From Amphiscolops sp. MND2022 (taxonomy: Eukaryota): a stretch of 64,000 bases of DNA. The notes under the pieces are model-generated. The model was not told the DNA's origin and searched no databases. It saw only the letters and a list, made by a program, of their open reading frames with translations. Position 1 is the stretch's first letter. Each line of letters starts with the position of its first letter. Positions 25,340 to 37,330 of the stretch are shown piece by piece. The stretch spans positions 13,022,001 to 13,086,000 of the forward strand of contig OZ076409.1 of assembly GCA_964187785.1 (NCBI GenBank). Direction: 5' to 3'. The position numbers were made by a program, and so were the translations under genes.

Positions 25340-26690
25340 CAGGGCTGAGTGTGTATCTGCTCTACAAGGGCAGAGAGGAATCTCCGCTCGCCAAATTTTC
25401 TATTCGTATTCTGCCAGTTCCAACTTGCTTTTCAGAAGGAGCTTGTTGATTGCTCTTTCTAGGTGTTGCTAGTCATTTCTCGATAGGCAATCCTTTCAAA
25501 CTCAAATTGGGTGATTGACTAATCCAGTGGGGTAGTAGTGAGAGCGGTCTTGAACTTTTTGTTCTACCTATTTTTCAAATACTTATGGCGTATTTACCCG
25601 TGTAACCTTTTGTTGCACCTATTATTTTGTAAACGTAGTTAGGGAGGTTTCTATCGTTTTTTGATTCTGGCAATTTACATTTACGAAAAAGTTCCCACAA
25701 TATGTCCTGGTGTTGAGAAAACTTGATTCCAAATTTAATAGTAGTAATGTCGATTTGTGTTTCCATAGGCGGAAAACCGCACGGTATTTTTGCTGCCAAC
25801 TGGTTGATTTTCGTCAACATATGCATGAATGTGTTTCCTGGCCCACACAGGGCCGCGTTCCGAAGTCAGCGAGCACTTAATATTTGTAAAGCTTCACGAG
25901 CGTTGCTTGCGCGAGACCGCAATTACAGATGCAGAACATATTACTTGTAATCAGCTGTTTAGCAACATTCCGTTCTACCTGGTGTAGATGTTCGTTGAAA
26001 ATCAGTTTGTTGTCCACAATCAACCCAGGAGTTTTGGGTTTCTGGTGACCTTACAGGCCTCTCCGAAATACTCTGGGGCATGCGTATTCTCAGAATTCCG
26101 GTAGATGATCGACGTCTTCTCACCATTGACTGCGATCCTCCTACTTTTGCAAGATTGTTCCAGTTCTTTGAGAATAATTTCACAGTTCCGATAAACTTGA
26201 ATTTCGGTGTCTCATGTCAATAGGAGGTTCTTATCGTCAGCGAACGTGAATCTATTGCAGTTGAGGTTTTTGGACATGTCGGAAACAAAAAAAGTGCAGA
26301 ATTGGTGATAACACTCTACTTTGTGGCAGTCCATCTTCGACTCCAATGTTTTGGCTTCTCTGATTACCAATGTCTATGCAGAGTTGTCGGCTTTTCATAA
26401 TACTTTCAATCAGTTTATTGCATTTACCTCTAACTCTCTATTGAAAAACTTCTTGGAGCAGTCCATTGATTCATACGGAATCACAGTCAATGGAAATCAA
26501 GGCGCCACATTCTCTTAGTACTTTTTGACATTCCATTTTCAACCTAAAGAACGACTTTACTGTGAACTGAAACCTTCTTGTTCTTCACCTATCAGCTTCA
26601 ATTTTTTTATGAAGCCGCTAGGCCTGGCCTCTAGTAATCTCCACATTTTTTCCAATATAGCTGGGGATTGTTATCAGCCAATACGCTGAT
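25340..26690 (-). mobile_element. Degenerate LINE ORF2 on the minus strand
   Basis: Reverse complement gives GLPQSRVLSPI (~26327-26295) and KILGLIVDNKLIF (~26035-25995). Boundaries approximate. Confidence 0.65.
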
Positions 26691-28742
26691 GGTGTGGTGT
26701 ATCGGCTCTACCCTGCTTCCTCAGAAATGACACTTGAATAGTTCCGCGGCCAGTGATTGTCATTTAGACCCCTGTTTGTAATGTGAAGAAGGACTTCTTT
26801 ATTTCGGAGTCCTGCGTACTCGATCATTTCGGGATGGATGTTGTCGTTTCCCGAGAGTCGCGATTTCGAAGGTGACGTCGCAGTTAAACCACCTGTCAGT
26901 TTCTGTCTCGGGTCTTTCGGAATGTAGGGATTGTTGTAAAGTATTTTCTACGTGTAGCTTGACTACCTTTCCTTTTAGTCAAGCGGAACCTAGGACTCCA
27001 AAGTTGAACGGAATTGTATGACATTCTTAAAGCCTATTATAACTTTATCCGAGTATCGATGCTTTCTTTGACTAGTTATACGTAAAAACAGTATAGAAAG
27101 AAGAAATAAGTATACAACTGGAAAGTATTATGGTGGAAAACATGGATAGCATGATAACGGAAGCACATACGAATGCTCTCCTAACATTTATGGGCCTAGT
27201 GAGAGGAGTCTGTGAAAATTCGATTCCACGGAAAACAATTTGTAAATATTCCAAATCATACTGGAGCAATAAATTGACTGACTTATTTAAAAAAACTGAA
27301 AGAAGCACGCAAAAATATAGACTGCAATGTAACGCGAAAAACAACAACATTGTTGAAATGGCTAAAATCGAATTCAAAAAGGAAATGAAAAAAATAATAC
27401 CCGTTGGACGCAAAATGGCATCATACAAATGAATGAGGGAAACTCAAAAGTATTTTTCGATAATATCCGCAAATTCAATGGTTCAATGGATTTAAATAAC
27501 ATAGGAGTACTTCGTCACAAGGGTAAGACACTGGAAAAGGATTGCCATAAAGCTGCGCTCTTTCAACGTATTTTTTTTGATGGCGCACACCTTACTGGTG
27601 AACTGTTTGACGACGCTTTTAATAAAAAAACCAAAGTAGAGGTGAAATAGAAGTTGGCTCACACCGTTGGGAATTACTACAAGGAGGAGGCCAAGAATGA
27701 TCTAAACATGCGTCATACAATGAATGAACTTAAAAAAGCCATAAAGAAAATGAAGACAAACAACAAGGGATACTTATGGCCTTTACCCTAAACTAATAAA
27801 GAAATTCAAATTAACCACCATTAGCATATGTTTGCATTTGATAAACAGTGCATTCTTCATGGCGATTTGGCCATTTGATAAAACCATAGTCAATTTCTTC
27901 AAAAATCTGGCAAAACTGATTATTCCAATCCATCTTCATGGAGACCTATTTCACTTACGTCCCATTTAGGAAAAGTAGTTGAACGAGTGATAGATAGAAG
28001 ACTAAGATCATCAGATATCCTCGACATTGATGAACAACAATTTGGATTTCAGCCAGGCAAGTCAACATTACACTACTTACAAAAATTATATCAAGATATC
28101 TTAGCAAGGAAAAACTTACCAATAGCGGCAGTATATGATATAGAGAAAACTTTCGATTCCGTAGATCAAACTTTATTGCTAAGCAAGCTAATAAACAGTG
28201 GTTTAAATGGTCCGATGTTAGCTACTATAATATCTTTTTTATCGAATCGGAAAGTCAGTATTTAAGTCAATGAAAACATCGACATGTCATTTGTCCCTCT
28301 TAATGGTTTACCTCAGGGGGCTCTACTGTCACCACTTTTGTTTTTATTCGATATGAAGGGATTCCTCCAAGATGTGGACTTAACATATAAGTCTACAGAT
28401 GACAGTATTTCTCTTTCAAGCAAAGAAAACCTAAGCACATCTTTAGAAAAGGCGGAACACTATACATACGAAGGGAGGCATGTGCTGAATAAAGAGAAAA
28501 CTGAACAAACAAATTTCTGAAAAGAAGTATTTCGGTCCGACTATAAATTTGTTGAGAGAAGTAAAATACTTGGCCCATGGTTTGAACGAGATTTGGGTTT
28601 CAAAACACATGCTGCAATTATCTCTGCCTCAATGGTTAATTTCTGGAAAGAAACTAGTATACTTATAACGCAAGGAAGATATCCATTTTACACTGGACGT
28701 ATACTTGATTCATATGTGAAATCACGTATCACGTACTGTATG

Positions 28743-29369
28743 GACTGTCATAATAGGTCCTAAAGAATAGGTCCGAATTTTTTAGTCCGACCATAAGTCC
28801 GAAAGAATAAGTCCGAATCGATTAAGACCGAAAACTGACCAACTGATTAAGTTCGAACGTGCGATTTTTTGGAAATAGTTCGAATTTGTCAAATGGCAGA
28901 GACTTTTAGTTTATATAATGTGGGGCATATGCGATGTATGCACGCTCGCCCTCACCGTCGCAAAGACCAGCTCCCACTACGATCGCTTCGCGATCTCCGT
29001 TCCCGCTAGGTCTTTGCTCCTGTTCGACCTCGCTTAGCAAGATGGGAATATAAGCGGCCCCAAGGGGCCGCGGGGCACTAGAGGAAATGGGGAAAGATCA
29101 GAGGCACGTTTTGTACTTAAAAAAACCGCGTTAAATTTCGTCCATTCTGCAAAAAATTGCATTAAATTTCGTTTGTTTTTCATAACAATTGACTATTTTT
29201 TCATAAAAAACCGATTCGGACTTCGTTAGGTTTAAGTCATTCGTATTTCTTCCATTTTGCATCCCAGTCGAACTTATTCTTTCTGACTTATAGCCTTGTT
29301 GAAAAAGTCGGACTTCTTACTTCTTTCTTGCAATTTGGTCATCGGCATTCGGACCTATTCGCCGCACCC
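28743..29369. mobile_element. MULE-like MITE 1
   Basis: 9-bp TSD TACTGTATG (28734-28742 and 29370-29378); subterminal AATA(G/A)GTCCGAA repeats inverted at the two ends; left terminus degenerate. Confidence 0.7.
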
Positions 29370-29714
29370 TACTGTATGACTATTTGGTTTCATCAAAATA
29401 TGACATCTCCGGACAAGATTTGGTGGAATGTTCATAAATCTATCTTTGGGATAAGAAACTACCAAGTATCGAAAAACGTTTTTAGTGTTTTGAGTAATGT
29501 TTAGCCTCTTTCTGTACTCTACAAAAATCAAGTATTAATGTTTCTACATTCAACTGCTAGAAGTGCAGATATTCTAAACCCAGGTAATTTAGCCATCATA
29601 CACCAACATAATATTATGGTGAGATTATTTTTGGTACACAAACTTTCAATTGTAAATCGTGATCCTGACGAAATTAAGGCAATATACATACAATATGCTA
29701 GACATCCTCAGTCA

Positions 29715-30768
29715 GGGTGGCTGTAAATAGGTGGAATTTTTCTGGTCAAAAGAACAGAGGTCGAACCTTTTGATCGAATTGCAGGGATCGAATGGAATGC
29801 GGTCGAATTTGATCGAAGACTTCGGGTCGGAAACGTTCTTTGTTTGCCTCAAGTCGATTTACTATCATAATGTGGGGGGTAAATGGTCACTTGGCTTAAT
29901 GCCATTTGGCTTAAAGTCATTTGGCTTAATACAATTCGTCACTTGGCTTAATTTTTTTAAGCTAAGTGTCTCGGGTATTGGACACTTGGCTTAAAGTCAT
30001 TTGACTTAAAACCAATTAGTTGAAAACACGTGGCAGATTTTGTCGAATTTATCTTTATAACGTATTCAGCGTATTATTATAACATGTCATATCAAGTACC
30101 CCTCAGATATGTCCCCATTTCCTCTAGTGCCCATTTCCTTATATTCCCATCTTGCTAAGCGAGGTCGAACAGGAGCAAAGACCTAGCGGGAACGAAGATC
30201 GCGAAGCGATCGTAGTGGGAGCTGGTCTTTGCGACGGTGAGGGCGAGCGTGCATAAACCGCATATGCCCCACATTACGATTTTTCCGGGAGTTGACATAT
30301 TTATTCCTTGAGTTGGAATGGAGTTGGCCTAATTTTGTGGTCACTTGGCTTAAAATTTTTAAGCCAAATGACTCGACGAAAAAATTAAGCCAAATGGTAT
30401 TAAGCCAAGTGACTGGTAACCATGTGGGGCATATGCTGTGTATGCACGCTCGCCCTCACTGTCGCAAAGACCAGCTCCCACTACGATCGCTTCGCGATCT
30501 CCGTTCCCGCTAGGTCTTTGCTCCTGATCGGCCTCGCTTAGCAAGATGGGAACATAAGCGGCCCCAAGGGGCCGCGGGGCACTAGAGGAAATGGGGATGT
30601 ATCCGAGACACGTTTTATACTTTTCTAGAAAATTCTATCTGCGGCAATTCGATTTGTTTCCCAAAAATCAAAATTTCGATCCGAGTTGTTTCGATCCCGT
30701 TCAAAAATTTGGATTTCGATCTAACTCTGATTTTCGATCCCGTTCCTCCGACCTATTTCCGCCCACCC
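29715..30768. mobile_element. MULE-like MITE 2 (contains MITE 3)
   Basis: 9-bp TSD CCTCAGTCA (29706-29714 and 30769-30777); TIR GGGTGG...AAATAGGT / ACCTATTT...CCACCC. Confidence 0.8.
29878..30421. mobile_element. MITE 3 nested inside MITE 2
   Basis: 8-bp TSD ATGTGGGG (29870-29877 and 30422-30429); TIR GGT....GTCACTTGGCTTAA / TTAAGCCAAGTGAC....ACC; TTGGCTTAA subterminal repeats. Confidence 0.8.
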
Positions 30769-31497
30769 CCTCAGTCAGTACTCCAAGGAAGTAGGTGGAT
30801 GAGTATTGCAAGCACCTATGGCAACGAGAAATAAAGCAATGTCTTACGTACTCAAATTACTCAGTGCTTAAAGTAAGAAACAGCATCATGAAAATGCCAG
30901 CACCATATCCTACGAAAATTTCTGTCAAATCGCTACGTGTTCTTTTGAATGATTTTGAAGTACGCGAAGTATTATTCAAAAGTAGTAAGAGCAAAACCGA
31001 TATTTGTCCCTATTGTAGAGTTGTCGATGATACTGCACATTTCTTATTTTCCTGTGTCTCATACTAAGAACACCGAAGGAGTTTCATTAAGGAGCTTAAA
31101 AATCAAAAAATTGATGAAACGCTAGTTAGTTTGCTAAATTGCGAAAACAAGCATGTTATAAGCGCGTTGGCTGTCTTTATAGCAAGCATCGATTAATTCT
31201 TATAATCCTATATAATCCTTATAATCCGATAATATATACAGTATCATTTCGATGGAACTCCCGTACTATTCAAGTCATATTGAATTATTTTTCATAACTC
31301 ATTCTCTTTTTGAGCCTTAAGTATAGCGCCGACTTTGAACGTGCGCTTCTTGAAATTTTAGATGTTGTTTCCCGGTGGACCTTAAGACCTTGATCCCTAG
31401 ACGTTTTGTCATATCTTTTTCTAACTGATTCTGGTAACTTTCTTGGCAACTTATTAATGACGAATGTCACCTTGTGCCTAACAAAAACGTGTTCCAG

Positions 31498-31801
31498 ATG
31501 ATAATGGCCATGAAGTCAATTTCCAAATTGTCCAGAGTTTGTCACTTGTGTTCTATTAGAACGCTCTCTAAACTTACAGCCAGTGAACAGGCGATGAGCA
31601 GTTCTCAGCCTACATCAGTGAAGAATAACATTGCTCACTATGATCATGTGTCCAAATTTCCTATGCCTTTGCCTGATTTTGAGAAAATGGACTACGACGT
31701 TAGCCAAGAAGATTTCACATTCGTACTAGATTATCTACCGAAGGCTCTCAAACCTATTTCTCCCAGTACTGTTACCGAACATCCTAGTGGTTGGGTTCCA
31801 G
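31498..31801 (+). CDS. MRPL49: Mitochondrial ribosomal protein L49 (mL49), first coding exon, copy A
   Basis: Presequence-like N-terminus, then SQEDFTFVLDYLP...HPSGWVP resembling the mL49 S.DEY.FVERLLP...TPSGW.PP segment. Canonical G|GTAAGT donor, phase 1, in frame with the exon at 59850. Confidence 0.85.
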
Positions 31802-32569
31802 GTAAGTTGTTTTTATTCCCAAAAGGTTAACTTTTTATCCATTTTGGAAAATGTCTGGTGTCTTTTCCACTATCAAGCTGGTAACACCGAGTTAGCAAAC
31901 TGCAAGACAGCTGGCAACTGAATTTTATCACGTGTTTCATGTGTACAATTTATTGTTGTTTACATCCAGAACATGTTTCTGACATGCGTACGCCTACAAT
32001 TTGTGGGCGTTGCATTGTACAGTCGAACTCGGATCAAAGAAGGCAAAAGAAACATTTGAATGTAAGAAACGTTTTCACCCCTTCGCTTTTATGCAAGACA
32101 AACTTTCTACGCTTTCCTATGCTAGATAGGACAACTGATAAAAGAAACTCTTCTTGCCACCATCCGAGTTCGATTGTAATTGATTGTTCGGCTTTTTTGA
32201 AAGAATTTAAATACTGTAATCATGAGATTTTCATTAGAAAACACTTTCGAAAAGAGGCCCAGCTATAAGTTTTGATAATCCTGAAAAAGTAATACTTTGT
32301 CTACAACAAATTTTGATTGGAATAATGCATTTCTCAAGAAAATATTTCTACAGCCTCGTTTCAATTATTCTATAGCCTCGTGAAAAATTTGCAAAAAAAT
32401 TGAAATCAGACAGAGGATCTTTTTATTGAAACTAGTTGCATTATGAAATGGTATTTTCCAATTGAAAATTCACGTTGTTAACGTTTAAATGAGTTATTTC
32501 AACTCATAAAAGTTAGGTAAATCAACATTGTACAAATACACGAACTTCATATTGGATTCAAATTCACTT

Positions 32570-32991
32570 TTTGGCCAGAAGGGTACCGTGAAGGTAAAGA
32601 CTGTCGATTTACCTAACGACCATTTTCCAGTAGTTTTTTTTAAACTTGATTCGAACACAAATTTTTATCAAACTCTCAACAGATTTCCAAGAGCTCATTT
32701 TTCTTAATGTGCCTCCGAGCCACTAAAGCCTCTAAGGAGTCACCCTATAGAGTAGATTCTTTCTGCGCTCTTTGTCTTTAGAACTTGGATAACATGTCCG
32801 CCATGTTTGACCAATACATTCGTACCATCCACTGTCCCGGGACCTTTCCATTCGTCAATACCTTGTTGCTTGTTAAACACGTTATTCCCAGTCTATAAAC
32901 TGTTCGTTACACCTTCATTCGATCGCAAAGCTTGTCTGATTCTATCTGAATTTTCAACCTGACTGTAGGCTTCTCGCGTTTTATACAAGGC
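32570..32991 (-). mobile_element. Old GalEa-like Copia remnant, 3' part (integrase tail), left of the Polinton
   Basis: Reverse complement reads EWKGPGTVDGTNVLVKHGGHV, matching KWFGPARVLGQDGKIIIVRHGGQV in the intact element at 53732-58138. Confidence 0.65.
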
Positions 32992-33340
32992 AGTAGTATG
33001 CGAATTCCCGATTCGGACCAGCCAAATCATCAAATTTAGCCATTTTTTCAAAAAAAAATCGATAAAATTGGTGTTTTTTCACTACTAAAAAATAAAAAAA
33101 ATTAAGCTCGTAAAATCATTAAAATTTAGCATTTTTTCAAGGCAAATCATCAAAAACTAGCCTTTTTTCACAACTAAAAAATTAACAAAATAAAAATTAA
33201 TGAACAAGTTTTTCCAATGGAAAATTCATTGACCAAGATATAATCATGGAAAAATAACTATTAAATAAATTATTTATCATTCAAAGAATTTGTTGATAAA
33301 TATAGATTAAAAAATGAAGCAACTTCCAATATAAAATAAA
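32992..33340. repeat. Polinton left TIR
   Basis: Reverse complement of ~45920-46351 and ~48447-48878, lacking one ~84-bp subrepeat. Confidence 0.93.
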
Positions 33341-33415
33341 AGAATTTTTCACTAATTTTGAAAAATTATAATTGAAAAATTTTTAATTAAACTATTTTTT
33401 CTTTAATAAATAGTA

Positions 33416-33692
33416 ATGGAGAATTGTAGTATTTGTAATTTAAATTATAAAAAAGTTTTCAAGTCTGATCATTTAAAATCAGTAAAACATCTTGAAAAAT
33501 TAAATCAATATTATTGTAAAAAATGTAATTTATATATGCCTATCTCATAAAATTTCTCATTTAAGTTCAAATGAACATAAAAATAAAACCGAACAACGAC
33601 GTGTTTGGTGTGAAGATTGTAGTAAATATATATCTGATACAACAAGACATTTCCAAAGTGAAATTCATTTACAAAACCGTCAACGGGAAAAC
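33416..33692 (+). pseudogene. Frameshifted N-terminal triple C2H2 zinc-finger extension of pPolB
   Basis: MENCSIC...HLKSVKH...YCKKC then TAA at 33548. The shifted frame continues ISHLSSNEH...WCEDC...HFQSEIH directly into the 33693 ORF. Confidence 0.75.
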
Positions 33693-36600
33693 ATGCAAAA
33701 TTTCGGTAATGGAGTAGAAATAATTATGAATGAAAATACATACATTAAACTTAAAATAAATCCAACTAGTAATTTCGAAGATCATATAAATGAATTACTT
33801 AGTAAAAATTATTTTCCCCGATATAAATATCAATTGAGTTATCTAGCTAAATTTTCAAAAATAGTCAATGGAGAAGAAGTATTTAAAAGATGGATAAAAT
33901 CAGATCTAACGTATAACAACACACAACAAGATACTCATAACACATTAATGCAGAAATTAGATGATGAACAATTAGAAGGATCAGGTTTTGTGTTTCAAGA
34001 AATAGAAGAAGTTATATTAGAAATATATAAAGTTAATGATATTCAAGCATCTTCATATATTGAGTTACCAGGAAAATATAAGGATAGTAAATCGAATATA
34101 AATATAAAGAATAATGATCAATATTGTTTTTTATGGTGTATCCTAGCATATTTATATCCTGTCGAGGATCATAAAGATAGAATATCAAAATATGATATGT
34201 ATAAGCATACTTTGAATATCAAAGGTTTAGAATTCCCAATGAAAGTAAAAGATATGCCCAAATTTGAAAGACTTAATACGCAAAACCCCTTCGGTAAATC
34301 GAATATCAGAGGTCATGGTATAAATGTGTTTGAACTCACTGGAAATGTTTTAACACCAATTTATATTAACGAAAATTACAAACAACCACAAATAGATTTG
34401 TTATTGTATGAAAATCACTATTGTCTAATAACAAAGTTGCATTGTTTAATAAATAAAGATTCACACATGAAACACATCTGCAGGAGATGTTTTACTGCAT
34501 TTCATTCAACCGATGTTCTAAACAACCACATAGAAAGATGTATAAATCAACAACCAACCAATATCACATTAAGTTGGAAGGATCAGTTAAAGTTCGAAGA
34601 TTATTATATGAAAATTCCTGTACCAATAAGAGTATATGCAGATTTTGAATGTATTAATCAACCTCAAAAAGACCCCAAAGTATTATTTAAACAAATTCCA
34701 ATTGCAGTAGGATTTTATGTAATTTCACCATTTGAAAGCAAGTATTATTCATATTTTGGAACAGATTGTACCAAGTGGTTTGTAAAGGAAATGTTAAAAT
34801 TAGAACAAGAAGCAAATAAATATTTTAAAACAAACTTAGAATTACAAATAACTCCTGAAGAAGAAGAATCATTCAAACTTGCAGAAGAGTGTTGGCTTTG
34901 TGAAAATCCACTCGATATGCAAAGCACCTCCGGTGATACTAAGGTTAGAGATCATGATCATCTTACAGGAAAATACAGAGGAGCAGCTCATAAAATATGT
35001 AACATAAATTGTAAACAAAGGTCATCAAGTTTTGTTCCTATATTTTTCCATAACTTTTCTGGGTATGATTGTCATCTTATATTTCAAGAACTCTTAATAC
35101 AAGCTTTCGAAAAGGGGTATGAACCAAAAATAATCCCAAAGTCAATGGAAAATTATGTATCAATTCAAGTAGGTTGCTTAAGATTCTTAGATTCATATCG
35201 TTTTCTAAGTAGTAGTTTAGATAAATTAGTTAAGAGTTTAGACAGTTTCCCAATAATGGATGAAAATGGATTAAAAGACAAATTATTTAAAAAGAAATTA
35301 GCTTATCCATATGAATACTTAAATCTTGATAACTTTCAGGAACCATTAAATTTAACCAAAGAAGATTATTGGTCAACATTAACACAATCTTATCCATCAG
35401 ATGATGATATAAAAAGAACCCAAGAATTAATTTATAAAATTAAAATTAAAAATGGAAGAGAATTAACAATGTTATACTTAAAAATGGATGTTCTTCAATT
35501 AGCTGATGTATTTGAAAACTTTGTGGAAAGTTCTACACGAGAATATAAAATTAATCCTTTGTACTCTTATAGTCTACCTGGTTATACATGGAAAGCAGGA
35601 TTGAAGTTGACTAATATAAAGTTAGACTTTATAAAAGATACAGCGAAGCTGCCCTCCGGTAAAGAATTATTACTACTACTTGAAAATAATATCCATGGAG
35701 GAATTTCAAGTGTAATGGGAGATCGTCACGTGCAATCTAATGAAAATAAAAAAATCTTATATATCGATGGAAATAATCTATATGGATGGGCAATGAGTCA
35801 ATATCTTCCTACTGGCGAATTCGAAATATTACCTCTTAATCGGTGTAATTACACAGATAATTACAATCTAAAACAATTAGTAGAAGATTTATTACAAATA
35901 CCTGATGATAATGAATATGGATTCTTTATAGAATGTGATTTAGAATATCCTGTTGAAATTAAAGAAAAAACAAAAAACTTTCCTTTTTGTCCGTATCAAA
36001 CAAAAGCAGATCCAAACTTATTCTCAGGTTATATGAATAATGTGAATCAACCTAATTACAAACCAACATCAAAACTTATGTGTGATGTAACCAATAAATC
36101 GAAATATATGATACATTATAGGATGTTTAAGTTTTATCTTAACCAAGGGATGAAAGTAACGAAGATACATACTATCTATAAGTTTAAACAAAGTCCATGG
36201 TTAGGTAAATATATCGATCATAATACTCAGAAACGCACAGTAGCGAAAACAAACTTTGAAAAGGATCTTTTTAAATTAATGAATAATGCTTTCTTTGGGA
36301 AGACTATGGAAAATGTAAGAGATAGAACCAATCTAGAATTCATTGATCATTCTCAAATAGATCAAATAATAAAAAGACAATCCAAGTTAAGTTTCAAAGG
36401 AATCGTGGATCATTATTCTAAGTTTAGTGTGTACAAGTTTGATAAAGAAAAAACAGTCTTTGATAAACCAATTTATTTAGGTTTTACAGTTTTAGAACTA
36501 TCAAAACTATTAATGTATGAATTTTATTATAACAAATTACAACCATATTGGAAACAATCCTTACAACTACACTACATGGACACTGATTCTTTCATACTTA

Positions 36601-37232
36601 GTTTTGATAGAAACCACCAAGAACTAATAAACTTTTTACAACAAAATAAAGATGAATTTGATTTCAGTGAATTGGATAAATCGCATGAATTATATAATCC
36701 TATTAACAAGAAAGTTATAGGAAAAATGAAAATTGAAACAAGTCCAGTTTTGGTGTTAGATACCTTCACAGCATTGCGATCAAAGTCATATTCTTTTAGT
36801 TATAATAATCCGAATGGTATCATTCAAAAAGCGAAACAAAAAGGAATACAAAAAGCTCCCAAATGTGAAGAATATCAAAATTCATTGTTTAATTCAGAAA
36901 CATCAAGTTCTACAAATATATCAATTAGATCTAATTTACACAACCTCACAGTTGAACAACAACCTAAGTTGTGTTTGAATCCTTTTGACGATAAACGTTT
37001 GTATATAAATCCAATACAAAGTTTACCATGGGATAAACACACACAAAAAGGTGATTGCCCTTGTATCTATTGTTTGAAATTAATTGGTTTGTATTATAAA
37101 GATTTAACTATAAATGATGACAGTAGCAAGAAAACAGATGAAGAAATATATTGGAGTGTTTGGTATTGGAAACAAGCACTCACCCATCAACAACTTGTGA
37201 AGTTGATAAGTGATCGAGCACATGTTTTATAA
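33693..37232 (+). CDS. Protein-primed family B DNA polymerase with terminal-protein/OTU-like N-terminus and inserted HNH/EndoVII-like domain
   Basis: Exo I YADFE, Exo II HNFSGYD, Exo III YLKMD; polymerase motifs DGNNLYG, KLMNNAFFGK, YMDTDS; CWLC...DHDHLTGKYRGAAH..CN; NNDQYCFLW...ENHY. Confidence 0.95.
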   Translation: MQNFGNGVEIIMNENTYIKLKINPTSNFEDHINELLSKNYFPRYKYQLSYLAKFSKIVNGEEVFKRWIKSDLTYNNTQQDTHNTLMQKLDDEQLEGSGFVFQEIEEVILEIYKVNDIQASSYIELPGKYKDSKSNINIKNNDQYCFLWCILAYLYPVEDHKDRISKYDMYKHTLNIKGLEFPMKVKDMPKFERLNTQNPFGKSNIRGHGINVFELTGNVLTPIYINENYKQPQIDLLLYENHYCLITKLHCLINKDSHMKHICRRCFTAFHSTDVLNNHIERCINQQPTNITLSWKDQLKFEDYYMKIPVPIRVYADFECINQPQKDPKVLFKQIPIAVGFYVISPFESKYYSYFGTDCTKWFVKEMLKLEQEANKYFKTNLELQITPEEEESFKLAEECWLCENPLDMQSTSGDTKVRDHDHLTGKYRGAAHKICNINCKQRSSSFVPIFFHNFSGYDCHLIFQELLIQAFEKGYEPKIIPKSMENYVSIQVGCLRFLDSYRFLSSSLDKLVKSLDSFPIMDENGLKDKLFKKKLAYPYEYLNLDNFQEPLNLTKEDYWSTLTQSYPSDDDIKRTQELIYKIKIKNGRELTMLYLKMDVLQLADVFENFVESSTREYKINPLYSYSLPGYTWKAGLKLTNIKLDFIKDTAKLPSGKELLLLLENNIHGGISSVMGDRHVQSNENKKILYIDGNNLYGWAMSQYLPTGEFEILPLNRCNYTDNYNLKQLVEDLLQIPDDNEYGFFIECDLEYPVEIKEKTKNFPFCPYQTKADPNLFSGYMNNVNQPNYKPTSKLMCDVTNKSKYMIHYRMFKFYLNQGMKVTKIHTIYKFKQSPWLGKYIDHNTQKRTVAKTNFEKDLFKLMNNAFFGKTMENVRDRTNLEFIDHSQIDQIIKRQSKLSFKGIVDHYSKFSVYKFDKEKTVFDKPIYLGFTVLELSKLLMYEFYYNKLQPYWKQSLQLHYMDTDSFILSFDRNHQELINFLQQNKDEFDFSELDKSHELYNPINKKVIGKMKIETSPVLVLDTFTALRSKSYSFSYNNPNGIIQKAKQKGIQKAPKCEEYQNSLFNSETSSSTNISIRSNLHNLTVEQQPKLCLNPFDDKRLYINPIQSLPWDKHTQKGDCPCIYCLKLIGLYYKDLTINDDSSKKTDEEIYWSVWYWKQALTHQQLVKLISDRAHVL

Positions 37233-37330
37233 AAATAAATATATTGTTTTATAATTATTATTATTTATAAAAATAAATTTATTTATCATATCAGCAAAGC
37301 TGTATTAATATATATTTAAATTATATTTAT

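Larger units (their letters stand above)
27000..31228 (+). mobile_element. Degenerate LINE ORF2 with 3' simple-repeat tail, interrupted by MITEs
   Basis: WRPISLTSHLGKVVER, QFGFQPGKST, DIEKTFDSV, GLPQGALLSPLLF, C-terminal CPYC..DDTAHFLFSC, and a (TATAATCC)3-like tail at 31201-31227. Confidence 0.85.
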
